Shown in pieces: positions 31,816 through 41,374 of a DNA stretch of 64,000 nucleotides (position 1 is its first letter; each line of letters starts with the position of its first letter). Under the pieces are notes generated by a model, which was given only the letters and a program-made list of their open reading frames with translations, was not told the origin of the DNA and made no database searches. Origin of the DNA: Candidatus Latescibacterota bacterium. GTDB taxonomy: Bacteria > Latescibacterota > UBA2968 > GCA-2709665. Location of the stretch: contig OZ241917.1 of the NCBI GenBank assembly GCA_965203805.1, positions 3,264,001-3,328,000 on the forward strand, read 5' to 3'. The position numbers and the translations under genes were made by a program.

Positions 31816-33062
31816 TCCTCAAACCAGTAATTGGCCGGTACGCTCAGAAACTCATTGAGCCCGATACCGCCTTCTCCGACAAGCAGTGACCGATACGGAC
31901 GAAAACGCTGCTTGAACACACCCATTCCCGGCAGAGTCAACGGCTTTGTACCGCTTTTGACCTCAATGGCGATGATGCGGGGACCGCGTTTCAGGACGAA
32001 GTCGACTTCGTGCGAACCCTCCCGCCAGTAAAAGAGATGAATGTCCCGCGACGCAGTGTTAAACAGATGCGCTCCTGCCGCGCTCTCGAAAATGCGTCCC
32101 CAGAATGTGCGGTCGGCCAGCGCTTCATCAAAAGAATATCCTGAGCCAGCCGTCATCAGGGCGGTGTTGAGCACGATGAGCTTTGGGCTGGAGGCGCGGC
32201 GTCGGTACGGCCGGTTGGGATATTTCGGCAAGCCCGTGAGCAGCCCGGCGTTCGAAAGCAGGTCAAGATAGCGGGCCAGGGTGGTGGTGTTGCCGGCATC
32301 CTGCAGTTGGCCCAGCATCTTCGTGTACGACAGGATCTGTCCGGAATACGCGGCGCCTGATTCGAACACCTGTTTGAGTAGCACCGGTTTGTCCACCCGC
32401 GTCATTCCGAGGATATCCCGCTCTATGTTCGGCTCGATGAGGGCGCCCATGATATAGTTACGCCACCGATCCAGATTCCGGGCGAACCGTGCAGACCCTG
32501 GATAGCCACCGAAGTAGAGATATCTCTCCAGATCGAAGTTGAACCCCTCGGTCATTTCATCGAACGACCAATGAGAGACATCGATAGGTTCGAAACGCCC
32601 GGCGAGGCTCTCGTTCAAACCCGATTGCATCAGCAGGGGCGCCGAGCCGAGAATCACCACGTGTAGAGGACAGTTCCGGGCGCGGTCCGCGTCCCACAGG
32701 CCCTTAACCGTGTCGGACCACTGTGGAATCTTCTGGATTTCGTCTATCGCCAGCACGAAGACGCGTCCGAATCGTTCGGCCTCGCGCCGTGCTTCTTCCC
32801 AGTTGCGCACCAGCCACGCCGTGTCACGCACCTGTTCCAGAGGGAAGGTTGATGTGATAGATTCTGAATAATGGCGATTTTCGAAGCTATCGGGTTCGTC
32901 CACGGACACGTAGCGGCTGCGGAGGTCAATCTGCCGCAATGCCTGGCGTACGATCGTCGTCTTGCCCGTTTGGCGGGGTCCGAACAGGGCGATGACCTGT
33001 TGTGGCGCCTCGCGCAACCGGTCCGTAAGCGTATTCACTTGATCACGCTGAAAGTTCCTCAT
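31812..33062 (-). CDS. AAA_14 ATPase with DUF4143 domain
   Basis: GPRQTGKTT, IDEIQ, GGYP, C-terminal EVDFV..IAIEVKSG. Confidence 0.88.
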   Translation of the reverse strand: MRNFQRDQVNTLTDRLREAPQQVIALFGPRQTGKTTIVRQALRQIDLRSRYVSVDEPDSFENRHYSESITSTFPLEQVRDTAWLVRNWEEARREAERFGRVFVLAIDEIQKIPQWSDTVKGLWDADRARNCPLHVVILGSAPLLMQSGLNESLAGRFEPIDVSHWSFDEMTEGFNFDLERYLYFGGYPGSARFARNLDRWRNYIMGALIEPNIERDILGMTRVDKPVLLKQVFESGAAYSGQILSYTKMLGQLQDAGNTTTLARYLDLLSNAGLLTGLPKYPNRPYRRRASSPKLIVLNTALMTAGSGYSFDEALADRTFWGRIFESAAGAHLFNTASRDIHLFYWREGSHEVDFVLKRGPRIIAIEVKSGTKPLTLPGMGVFKQRFRPYRSLLVGEGGIGLNEFLSVPANYWFEE

Positions 33063-33068
33063 ACAGAT

Positions 33069-33097
33069 AAATTACTCTATTGAGTAAATTTAGTCAA
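33069..33097 (-). promoter_or_regulatory. Putative leaderless promoter with palindromic operator
   Basis: Minus strand TTGACT-17bp-TAATTT, 6 nt before ATG; TTACTC-N4-GAGTAA overlaps the -10 and spacer. Confidence 0.5.
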
Positions 33098-33264
33098 GAC
33101 AGTAATTATGATTTCCACGGTACAAATTTGCAATCCGGTTCTCGCGCCGCCAAGCCGTCGATTCAGGTACAATAAACAGGACCCCCGTAGGTGTGTGTTC
33201 CTTCGGGCGTCCCGTTGCGAAAACCTGCGTGCGGCGTGCTGTTGCGATGGATAATTTCGTGCGA

Positions 33265-34731
33265 TTACTTCAGCCGGCGCCTCATGGGGCGCCTGGGCGA
33301 GGGCGCGGCGGAGCGGATCTCCTGAATGAACTCGGCCGCGGCGTCGCGGTAGGTCTCGAACGGGTCCTGCAGGCTCAGATGGCTCTCGTTCTCCAGGTAG
33401 ACCGAGTCCCAATCCACAATGTACCGCATCCGGTTCTCCGACAGTGCCCTGATCACGTCGGAGCGGCCCTGCGCCCGTGTATCCGCCGGCGGTTCGTCTC
33501 CCGCGCGGGCGATCTGCTCCTCCGTTAATATGCGGCGCGTCATCCCCTTGTGCTCCAGGTCGAGGTAGAACCCCCGGTTGGAATCGATATTGTGATACTC
33601 CAGGTCCAGGCTCTGGAGCCACGGATCGTTCCAATCCACGCCTTCCGACTGCACGAACATCTCCAGCATCCACTTCTTGGCCACCCAGTCCAGCCGGTCC
33701 TTCAACTCCATCGGGTCCCGCTCCAGGGCGTCCAGTGTCTGCTCCCACTCGGACAGCACCCAGTCCGACTCCTCGTCCATCCCCCGCAGATGGCGCTTTG
33801 CCAGATCCAGGTACCGGCGCTGGATGTCCACCGCCGAGACCGGCCTGCCGTTCTTGCGCTCCAGAACCCATTTGTGGGTGGGGTCCCGTGAAATCTCCTT
33901 CAACGCCCAGACCGGATCCCCCAGGCCCACGTCCTGCGGAAAAACCTTGAGTTCGAGCAGATTCAACACCATCGCGGTGGTTCCCACCTTCAACGCGGTG
34001 GCGTACTCCGACATATTCGAATCGCCCATCAGCAGGTGCAGCCTGCGGTACTTGTTGTAGTCGGCCAGCGGTTCGTCGCGGGTATTGATAATTGCCCTGG
34101 AGAACTGGATCCACTGGTAGATCTCCGTGACAATGTGGTCCGCGCGTTGTGAAATCTGGAAGGCGACGGGGTCCTCGTGACCGACGTCTTCGACCTCGTC
34201 CCGGCCATAGTAATAGAAGCTGTCGTCGTAGCTGCCCACACGGCCGGCGCCGCTGTAGATCTGCCGTGTCACCAGAAACGGGAGCAGCGCCGGTATCACC
34301 ACCATGGAAAACGGCACGTTTCGCCGTATCAGGTAGTTCTCGTGGCAGCCGAACGTGGCGCCGGTATAATGGTCGATATTGTTCTTGAGGAACGAAGCCT
34401 CTTTCGCGAGCCCCAGGGACCGAAGCGAACGTTGCAGAATCCGTTCGCCCGCGCGGTCGGAGGCGACCAGATCGAACAGGCTCTTGCACTCGGGCGTGGT
34501 ATATTCGATATGCCCCATGTCGATATAGACCCTGCCGGAATTGAACAAAAAACCGCCGTTTCCCGGCGGTTCGTCCCGGCCCCGATAGTGGATATCGAGT
34601 ATCCCCTTGCGCTCGGTGTGGAATATATGGTCCTTTACCTTCACCGTAATGGCATCCGGGCTGACGAAGCCCTCGTGCTCCGGGGCCATGCATCCATATT
34701 CCGTTTCCAGACCGAAAATGCGACGTTCCAT
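33265..34731 (-). CDS. pafA: Pup/UBact--protein ligase
   Basis: RIFGLETEYG, NSGRVYIDMGHIEY, GCHENY, INTRDEPLAD, RRLHL; lacks the Dop HxHPEY motif. Confidence 0.85.
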   Translation of the reverse strand: MERRIFGLETEYGCMAPEHEGFVSPDAITVKVKDHIFHTERKGILDIHYRGRDEPPGNGGFLFNSGRVYIDMGHIEYTTPECKSLFDLVASDRAGERILQRSLRSLGLAKEASFLKNNIDHYTGATFGCHENYLIRRNVPFSMVVIPALLPFLVTRQIYSGAGRVGSYDDSFYYYGRDEVEDVGHEDPVAFQISQRADHIVTEIYQWIQFSRAIINTRDEPLADYNKYRRLHLLMGDSNMSEYATALKVGTTAMVLNLLELKVFPQDVGLGDPVWALKEISRDPTHKWVLERKNGRPVSAVDIQRRYLDLAKRHLRGMDEESDWVLSEWEQTLDALERDPMELKDRLDWVAKKWMLEMFVQSEGVDWNDPWLQSLDLEYHNIDSNRGFYLDLEHKGMTRRILTEEQIARAGDEPPADTRAQGRSDVIRALSENRMRYIVDWDSVYLENESHLSLQDPFETYRDAAAEFIQEIRSAAPSPRRPMRRRLK

Positions 34732-34774
34732 TGCGGGTCCTCAGCTATTCAAACAATGGACAGGATGTAAACCA

Positions 34775-34975
34775 AAAGCGCGAGAAGACGAGAGAACGAG
34801 AGAACGAGAAAGGCGCGAGAGAACGAGAAATGCACGAGAGAACGAGAAAGGCGCGAGAGAACGAGAAATGCACGAGAGAACGAGAAGACGAAAAAGCGCG
34901 AGAAGACGAGAGAACGAGAAGACGAAAAAGCGCGAGAAGACGAGAGAACGAGAAAAGCGCGAGAAGACGAAGAGG
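34775..34975 (+). repeat. Purine-rich degenerate tandem repeat (GCGAGAAGACGAGAGAAC..)
   Basis: ~200 bp of reiterated CGAGA(G/A)A units. Confidence 0.85.
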
Positions 34976-35056
34976 CGAGTGACGGCAGTGAATCGATTCA
35001 CCGTGGGTCGGTACGGAGTTGCGTGATCACGTCAGGATTGCAGGGTCAGCCGCCGC

Positions 35057-35836
35057 TCAGCGATACGGCTTGATCACGGGCTGTATTTCTCTATTGCCAA
35101 GAACGCGATAGGGGCGTTTGTCCGCACCCGACCGGTCGAAAACCACGGCCTCGACCTCGGCCGATTCCAACGCGGTCTTCAGGATCGCCTGCAGGTCCGC
35201 CTCGCCGGCCAGCCGCTCCAACTCGGACGGCTCCCGTGGAACTTCTTCCAGGGTTCCCACAAACCGCCCTGCCGCCCATGCCTCCAGCGCGGCCTTCAAC
35301 GCGTTCCGCAGGTTGAGGCGCCCGGTCTCCGGCAGGCAGCTCCGCATCAGCCCGTCCGCTTCCGGAATCTCGCCCAAAACGCCGCGGCCCGCGTATTTCT
35401 GAAACGCGCCGTCGTAGTCCACGGTATAGAAGACGGCGCCTTCCTCCGATACATCGAGCTCCAGCATCAGGACGCGCACGATATACGGCGACCGGAACAC
35501 CTCGTCGAACGCCGTCTTGACCGCGGGACCCAGGCCGAAGTGCACGATCTGCTGCAGGTTCACGTCCTGCTCGGAGTAATTGAACCCGATCACCGACGCC
35601 AGGTCCACGGCGGACTGCCGCAGCTTCTCGATGTCGGCGGGGTGCCCGAGCGCCGCCATGCCGATGCGGTCGTACACCTCGAAGATTTTCTGCTGGCCCT
35701 GACCCAGTGTGAGGAGCAGCGCGCCGTCGCGGTAGGCCAGGCCCACAACCGGGCTGCCGCCCCGGAGCTGGTCCTCGATGTAGTCCCGCCGGTTGGCGAC
35801 CGCCTCGGTCCATCGATAGGGTTCGTCCAGCATCAT
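35057..35836 (-). CDS. prcA: Proteasome subunit alpha
   Basis: EPYRW..RRDYIEDQL..GSPVVG, KIFEVYDRI; overlaps the beta stop codon. Confidence 0.85.
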   Translation of the reverse strand: MMLDEPYRWTEAVANRRDYIEDQLRGGSPVVGLAYRDGALLLTLGQGQQKIFEVYDRIGMAALGHPADIEKLRQSAVDLASVIGFNYSEQDVNLQQIVHFGLGPAVKTAFDEVFRSPYIVRVLMLELDVSEEGAVFYTVDYDGAFQKYAGRGVLGEIPEADGLMRSCLPETGRLNLRNALKAALEAWAAGRFVGTLEEVPREPSELERLAGEADLQAILKTALESAEVEAVVFDRSGADKRPYRVLGNREIQPVIKPYR

Positions 35837-36651
35837 TCCTCAGCGTCTCCCGATCCCTCCGCCCGGGCGATGTACCGCTCGTGGGACGCCCGCAGCTCCT
35901 CCTCCGTCACGGTGCGGAGTCCATCCGCCGAGATGGTTTTCACCGTGGGCAACACGCCGGCATCCCGCTCGTACCTTCCCGTGGCCGCGTCGTATTCCGC
36001 GGCCGTATGCAGCAGGCGCAGCGCCATCCCCAGGCTCTCGCTCCGGTCCAGCTCGGCAAACGGACGTTCGCCCCACTGGTTGTTGTAGTACATCGCGCCA
36101 CGGATGGCGGCCGCACCCGATCCCGTGGTGGAAAAATCGGCGCTTTCGAACTGCGCGCCCAGCACGTCGTAGAAGAAGATCTTCCCGCGGCTGTCCAGTC
36201 GATCGTACGTGACGAAAATGGGGATCACCGGCCCGATGCCCTGCATGGCCATCGGCAGATTGTCGCGAATCAGAAGGGAGAGCCGCCGCAGCTTGGCCGC
36301 CAGGCTCATTTCCTGCAACTGCCGGCGCCGGTGATATTGAAAGGTGTGCTCGAGGATGCGGGCGATTTCGTACGCCATGGCCGGCGATCCGGAGATGGCC
36401 ATCACCGAGAACGCGTCGATATCGATGACCTTATCGGCGCGGTCGTAAAGCACGGTATGGCCGGCGGTCGCCCGGCGGTCGCCGGCAATGAGGACGCCAT
36501 CCCGGTATCGAAGGGCCAGGATGGTCGTGCCCTCGGTGGGCTGAAACGGAAGGGACGCCGCGCCCCCCTGTGCGCCTTCCGCCAGGTCCGCGCCGGGCAG
36601 CCGGTATCCCCCGCCCTTCAACAGATCGAGAAAATCCCCACCCGCACTCAT
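35833..36651 (-). CDS. prcB: Proteasome subunit beta
   Basis: Propeptide then EG|TTILA (catalytic Thr1), AGDRRAT, DKV, GSG. Confidence 0.9.
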   Translation of the reverse strand: MSAGGDFLDLLKGGGYRLPGADLAEGAQGGAASLPFQPTEGTTILALRYRDGVLIAGDRRATAGHTVLYDRADKVIDIDAFSVMAISGSPAMAYEIARILEHTFQYHRRRQLQEMSLAAKLRRLSLLIRDNLPMAMQGIGPVIPIFVTYDRLDSRGKIFFYDVLGAQFESADFSTTGSGAAAIRGAMYYNNQWGERPFAELDRSESLGMALRLLHTAAEYDAATGRYERDAGVLPTVKTISADGLRTVTEEELRASHERYIARAEGSGDAEE

Positions 36652-36655
36652 CGGC

Positions 36656-36847
36656 TTACTCGCCCGTGCGCTGGCGGTAGCGTCGCGCCTGATTCGGGTC
36701 CACGCGGCGCATGCGGCGCAGCAGGTCGCGGGTATCGGGGCGGTCAACGTCCGGTCGGGACGGTCCGTCGTTCCCGTCGTTCGGTCCCTCTTCGGGGGAC
36801 CCCGGCCGTCGGGTTCGCCGTTCCAAACTGGCAAGGTCTCTCTTCAT
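36656..36847 (-). CDS. ubact: Ubiquitin-like modifier UBact
   Basis: 63 aa, disordered N-terminus, LLRRMRRVDP..ARRYRQRTGE C-terminus (R[T/S]G[E/Q]), located between dop and prcB. Confidence 0.9.
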   Translation of the reverse strand: MKRDLASLERRTRRPGSPEEGPNDGNDGPSRPDVDRPDTRDLLRRMRRVDPNQARRYRQRTGE

Positions 36848-36880
36848 AGCTATCTCCTCCTCGGGCTGCGCGGCCTGGGG

Positions 36881-38401
36881 TCAGGCCTTTAACGCGTTCA
36901 GGAACTCCTCCAGTCCATCCGAGCGATCCAGCACTCTATTATAATACGCGACCTTCTCTCCATCAACCAGATCCTTCATATCCACGGCACGCAGTTTCCC
37001 GTTCCGTGAAAACACGATCCGGTCCCAGTTGACCGATCTGACGTCGTGCCCGAATTTTTCCAGGCATCGCCCGCGGAAATATGCCCGCGTATCCGCAGGC
37101 GGAACGGACATCGCCTCCTCAATCCGCTCGTCGTCGACGAGCCGTACCATTTTTGCCTGTTCTTCCAGCAGAAAGTAGAGCCCGGCCTCACGGTCCACGT
37201 TGTGGTACTCCAGGTCCTGGCTTTGAAGCCAGGTCAGATCGTCCGGATTGTCCCAGGAGAGTCCTTCCGCTTCGCGAAAACAATCCAGCAACCACTTCTT
37301 GCTCACCCAGTCGCAGGCGCCCACCATCGCCATGGGTTCCCGTTCGAGGCCGTCCAGCGTCTCCTCCCAGGCGTTCAGCACCCAGTCCGTTTCCACGTCT
37401 CCGCCTCCGAAACGGTCTCGCGCCCGCGCCAGGTACATCCGCTGGATCTCGACGGCCGGAACCAGCCGTTCGGTCTTGCGGTCCAGCTCCACCATCCACT
37501 GGTAGCTCTGGTCGCGCGACACGTCCTTCAGTGAGGAGATCGGATCCTTCAGGATCACGCCGGGAAGATCGTCCTCTTCGATCAGCCCCACCACCAAGGC
37601 CGCGGCGCCGACTTTCAGGGCCGTGACGTATTCCGACATGTTCGAGTCGCCGAGGATCACGTGGAGCCTGCGGTAGCGGCCGGCGTCGGCGTGGGGCTCG
37701 TCCCGCGTGTTGATGAGCGGCCGCTTGTGCATGGTATCCACGCTGGCGATTACCTCGAAGAATTCGGACCGCTGCGAGAGCTGATAGACGGCCGCCCTGT
37801 CGCCGCGTTCCACGCCCATCTTGCCCGCGCCCGTGTAGATCTGCCGGGTTACGAGAAACGGCAGCAGGCCCTTCACGATTCGCTCGAAAGGGGTCCCGCG
37901 GTCCATCAGGTAGTTCTCGTGGCACCCGTAGCTGTGGCCTTCGAAATCGGTGTTGTTCTTGTAGATCCGGACCGTGCCCTCGGGGAGCATTTCCGTTCGC
38001 CTTCGGGCGCAGATGTCCACGATCCGCTCGCCGGCGCGGTCCTGCGCCACCAGTTCGAAGAGGCTGAGGCACTCGCCCGTGGCGTATTCCGGATGGGTAT
38101 GGTCATTGTAAAAGCGGGCGCCGTTGCCAATGATCAGATCGCTTTTCAGTTCATCGAGCGGCACCTTTCGCCGGCGGTCCTTCTGAAGGTGCACTTTCTC
38201 GTCGATATCGTTGCGCAGGGAGCTCACTTCAAACCCCCGCACGTCCTTGCGGGGGTTCTCCAACTGATAGTCCCACAGGGGCGTGAAATCACCCGTGAGA
38301 TAACAACGGATCAACTGCATCGACTCTTCCACCACGTCGATGCGGTTCACCCCGTCGATCGTGATTCCGTACTCGGTTTCCAGGCCGAAGAGTCTGTTCA
38401 T
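36881..38401 (-). CDS. dop: Depupylase/deamidase Dop
   Basis: GLETEYG, NGARFYNDHTHPEY, YKNNTD..GHSYGCHENY, RRLHVILGD. Confidence 0.88.
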   Translation of the reverse strand: MNRLFGLETEYGITIDGVNRIDVVEESMQLIRCYLTGDFTPLWDYQLENPRKDVRGFEVSSLRNDIDEKVHLQKDRRRKVPLDELKSDLIIGNGARFYNDHTHPEYATGECLSLFELVAQDRAGERIVDICARRRTEMLPEGTVRIYKNNTDFEGHSYGCHENYLMDRGTPFERIVKGLLPFLVTRQIYTGAGKMGVERGDRAAVYQLSQRSEFFEVIASVDTMHKRPLINTRDEPHADAGRYRRLHVILGDSNMSEYVTALKVGAAALVVGLIEEDDLPGVILKDPISSLKDVSRDQSYQWMVELDRKTERLVPAVEIQRMYLARARDRFGGGDVETDWVLNAWEETLDGLEREPMAMVGACDWVSKKWLLDCFREAEGLSWDNPDDLTWLQSQDLEYHNVDREAGLYFLLEEQAKMVRLVDDERIEEAMSVPPADTRAYFRGRCLEKFGHDVRSVNWDRIVFSRNGKLRAVDMKDLVDGEKVAYYNRVLDRSDGLEEFLNALKA

Positions 38402-38419
38402 GAACCCTGCTCAGTTTCA

Positions 38420-39635
38420 GGGAAAGGGAAGAAGGAGAAAGAATTAAGAATGAAGAATGAAAACGGGATGGTCCTCGTGGGGATTATCTATCGCGTCCTG
38501 ACAGGCCGCCTGCCGGCGGACAAACACCCGTTGGAACTGCGTTCCGGGCGGTCCCAAACTTCAATTTTCTTTTTTCCTTCATGCCCTTTTTCTTGCTTCG
38601 CCCAAGAAAAAGGGCCAAAAAGAAGGGCGCCGCTCAAACGCCGCGGGGCTGCTTTTCCGCGAACCGCTTCAGTGGAGACAACGGGAGTCGTTGCCCTGAA
38701 ACCCTTACAGGCGTTCCCGGACGACGTTGCTGAACGGACTCGCGCGGAAAAGCCCCTTCACCACCACCGTTCGCTTGAGTGAACTGCGCGAGGTCTGATG
38801 CATTTGCGGTCTTGACGATTATGCGCTTCAGACCCCCACCCCCGCCAACCTACCCCCTAACCCCCTTCCTGTGAGGAAGGGGGAACGGCGATGGGTCGAT
38901 GGACTGGGCATGCAAACGTGCCGGCTGGCGAATTCCTGTCTATCAGTGTATCTATAGATGACCGGCACGCGATGCCTGTCCTTTCTCCCCCTCTCCCCCC
39001 GGGAGAGGGGGTTGGGGGGAGAGGTCTGCGTAAATTCGGTGAGACGTAAGAGGGTAGACGGTAGATGAAAACGTTACCACAGTGTTTTCACGCTAACCGT
39101 GCCTGTTTCTTTACCGACTATGGTAACGACGAGAAAGACCATAGGGCATTCATCTCACGTCTACCCTTTTCGAGACCCATTCCCTGACCCCCTTCCTGCG
39201 AGGAAGGGGGAAAGCGGGATCCTATCGCGTAGCGTTCGTTACCCTTTCCTTATAGGAGAGGGTCCCTGCCTGCCGGTGATTTTTCGGCAGGCAGGGGGAT
39301 AGGTCTGCGCATCCGCGAGGTCATGTCGCCAGGCCTTATCGTCGCCCCGTTGAAGCAGGTTGTCATCCCTCATCTCACGTCTCACGTCTTGCGTCTCCCC
39401 GCCAACCTACTGCCTACCCCCTTCCTATAAGGAAGGGGGACCCCCGGATCCTATCGCGTAGCGTTCGTTTCCCTTTCCTTATAGGAAAGGGTCCTGCCTG
39501 CCGGTGATTTTTCGGCAGGCAGGGGGATAGGTCTGCGCATCCGCGAGGTCATGTCGCCAGGCCTTATCGTCGCCCCGTTGAAGCAGGTTGTCATCCCTCA
39601 TCTCCCGTCTCACGTCTAACGTCTCCCCGCTCTTC
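38420..39635 (+). repeat. Mosaic array 4, between arc and dop
   Basis: Same modules; internal duplication ~39218-39400 / ~39447-39630. Confidence 0.9.
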
Positions 39636-39636
39636 G

Positions 39637-41358
39637 CTATACAATCCGATGTCCGCGGCGGTCCGGTTCCCGGCCGGGGCGGATCGGCGACGCGCGGACG
39701 ACGTTTTCCGGATCGTAATCGAGCAGCTTCAGCCAGTCTTCCGTGTTGTCGGTGGGCGGGAAGATCTCGTTCTCGGTATACTCGGTGTCCACCGCCTGGA
39801 GCAGGTCGTCCCCCGAGATGCCCTCTTCCTGTCCGGACGCGATGGACCGCCGGATGGCCATCTCCTTTGCCCGCCTCACAATCGACTCCATGATCGCCCC
39901 GCTGGCCAGGTCCCCGCGCCGGAGGACGTCCTTTCGGCCGCTTCGAAGGGTCACTTCGAGAAACCGCGTATGGTCCCGCTTCGAGAAAATCTCTTCCGCC
40001 GTGCGCGCGACGAGCGACTCGACAGCCGCGGCGGAATCGCCGCCGTGTTGCTCCAGCGTCTTCCGGTCGATCGGCAGGTCGGGCGTGAGGTAGATCTTGA
40101 GGATATCGAGCGCGCCGTGCCGGTCCGGGCGCTTCACCTTGATTTTCCGGTCGATTCGGCCCGGCCGCAAAATGGCGGGATCGATCAGGTCCGGGCGGTT
40201 GGACGCCAGAATGATCACCACGTCCTGGAGCGACTCGATGCCGTCCATTTCCGAACAGAACATCGGCACCACGGTGTTCGAAATGCTGTGCGACCGCATC
40301 GCCCGGCGCGTACCGAGAACGGATTCCGCCTCGTCGATGAACACCACGGGCAGATAGCCCTCTTTCCGCTTCTCCCGCGCCCGGGAGAAGATCTCGCGAA
40401 TCTGGCGTTCGGACTCGCCCAGCCACATATTGAGGATTTCCGGCCCCTTGATGTTCATGAAACACTCCTTCAGGTTCAGACCGGCCTCCTGCTGGGCCTG
40501 CTTGACGAGGTTGTACGCGGTTGCCTTGCCGATCAGGGTCTTGCCGCAGCCCGGCGGGCCGTACAACAGGAACCCCTTGGGGACGCTGTATCGGAACCTG
40601 GAGAACAGGTCCGGATGCAACGTGGGCATCTCGATCGTATCTTTGATGGCCTGGATGGCCTCTTCCTGGCCGCCGATCTTTTCCCAGGGCAGATCCGGAA
40701 TTTCTTCGAGGTAATAGTCCCTGGCCTCTTTTCCGGGCATGCGTTCCAGCGCCACCCGGAAGTTCGGGTCCACGCGGACCTCGTCGCCCGCCTTGAGGGA
40801 CGCCTGCGCCAGGTCGCTCGAGCGGGAAAGCACCGAGACCTGCCCGCCCGGTTCCTGCCCGACCCGCAGCCGGCCGTCTTCCAGCACGTCGGATATCTTC
40901 ACCACCTGGCCCGAGGATGAAAAGCCCAGCTCGCCAACGATGGCGAACGCGTCGTTTACCAGCACCCTCGCGCCCACCTTCAGCGCCTCCTGGTCCAGCC
41001 GGGAATCGACGTTGGCGTAATATTCCGATCCGCCCACGCTGATGTAGGCCACGCCGTCGCGGGGCCCCTCGAGGAGCGTGCCCACGCGGTTCGCCGGCGC
41101 GGTGACCTTTTCGAGCGCGGCCTCCATCTCCACGATGGTGCGCCTCGCCTCCTCGAACGTGATTTCGTCTTCCTGAAGCTGTCTGCGGAGATGGTAGAGC
41201 AGGGGGCGCCGTTTGTCCTTTTCGTCCATCGACATCAATATCTGGTCGATAATGGACAGCGAGCGGAACGTGTGCTGCATATCCACGTAGTCCTGCAGAA
41301 AGTCGTCGGGCGACTTTCGTTGTCGATTTCCGTCGTCGGGGCGGTTAATGGCGCTCAC
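39637..41358 (-). CDS. arc: Proteasomal AAA ATPase ARC/Mpa
   Basis: Coiled coil plus two OB-like segments, GPPGCGKT, FIDE, SNRPDLIDPAILRPGRID. Confidence 0.9.
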   Translation of the reverse strand: MSAINRPDDGNRQRKSPDDFLQDYVDMQHTFRSLSIIDQILMSMDEKDKRRPLLYHLRRQLQEDEITFEEARRTIVEMEAALEKVTAPANRVGTLLEGPRDGVAYISVGGSEYYANVDSRLDQEALKVGARVLVNDAFAIVGELGFSSSGQVVKISDVLEDGRLRVGQEPGGQVSVLSRSSDLAQASLKAGDEVRVDPNFRVALERMPGKEARDYYLEEIPDLPWEKIGGQEEAIQAIKDTIEMPTLHPDLFSRFRYSVPKGFLLYGPPGCGKTLIGKATAYNLVKQAQQEAGLNLKECFMNIKGPEILNMWLGESERQIREIFSRAREKRKEGYLPVVFIDEAESVLGTRRAMRSHSISNTVVPMFCSEMDGIESLQDVVIILASNRPDLIDPAILRPGRIDRKIKVKRPDRHGALDILKIYLTPDLPIDRKTLEQHGGDSAAAVESLVARTAEEIFSKRDHTRFLEVTLRSGRKDVLRRGDLASGAIMESIVRRAKEMAIRRSIASGQEEGISGDDLLQAVDTEYTENEIFPPTDNTEDWLKLLDYDPENVVRASPIRPGREPDRRGHRIV

Positions 41359-41374
41359 CTCCGGGATCGAAAAG

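Noticed and set aside
34731-34982. Arg/Glu-rich ORFs over the purine repeat
   Set aside because: Translation of low-complexity DNA, antisense to the operon, with no RBS.
36656-36847. Calling the modifier Pup
   Set aside because: Ends RTGE, not GGE/GGQ; the sequence pattern fits UBact.
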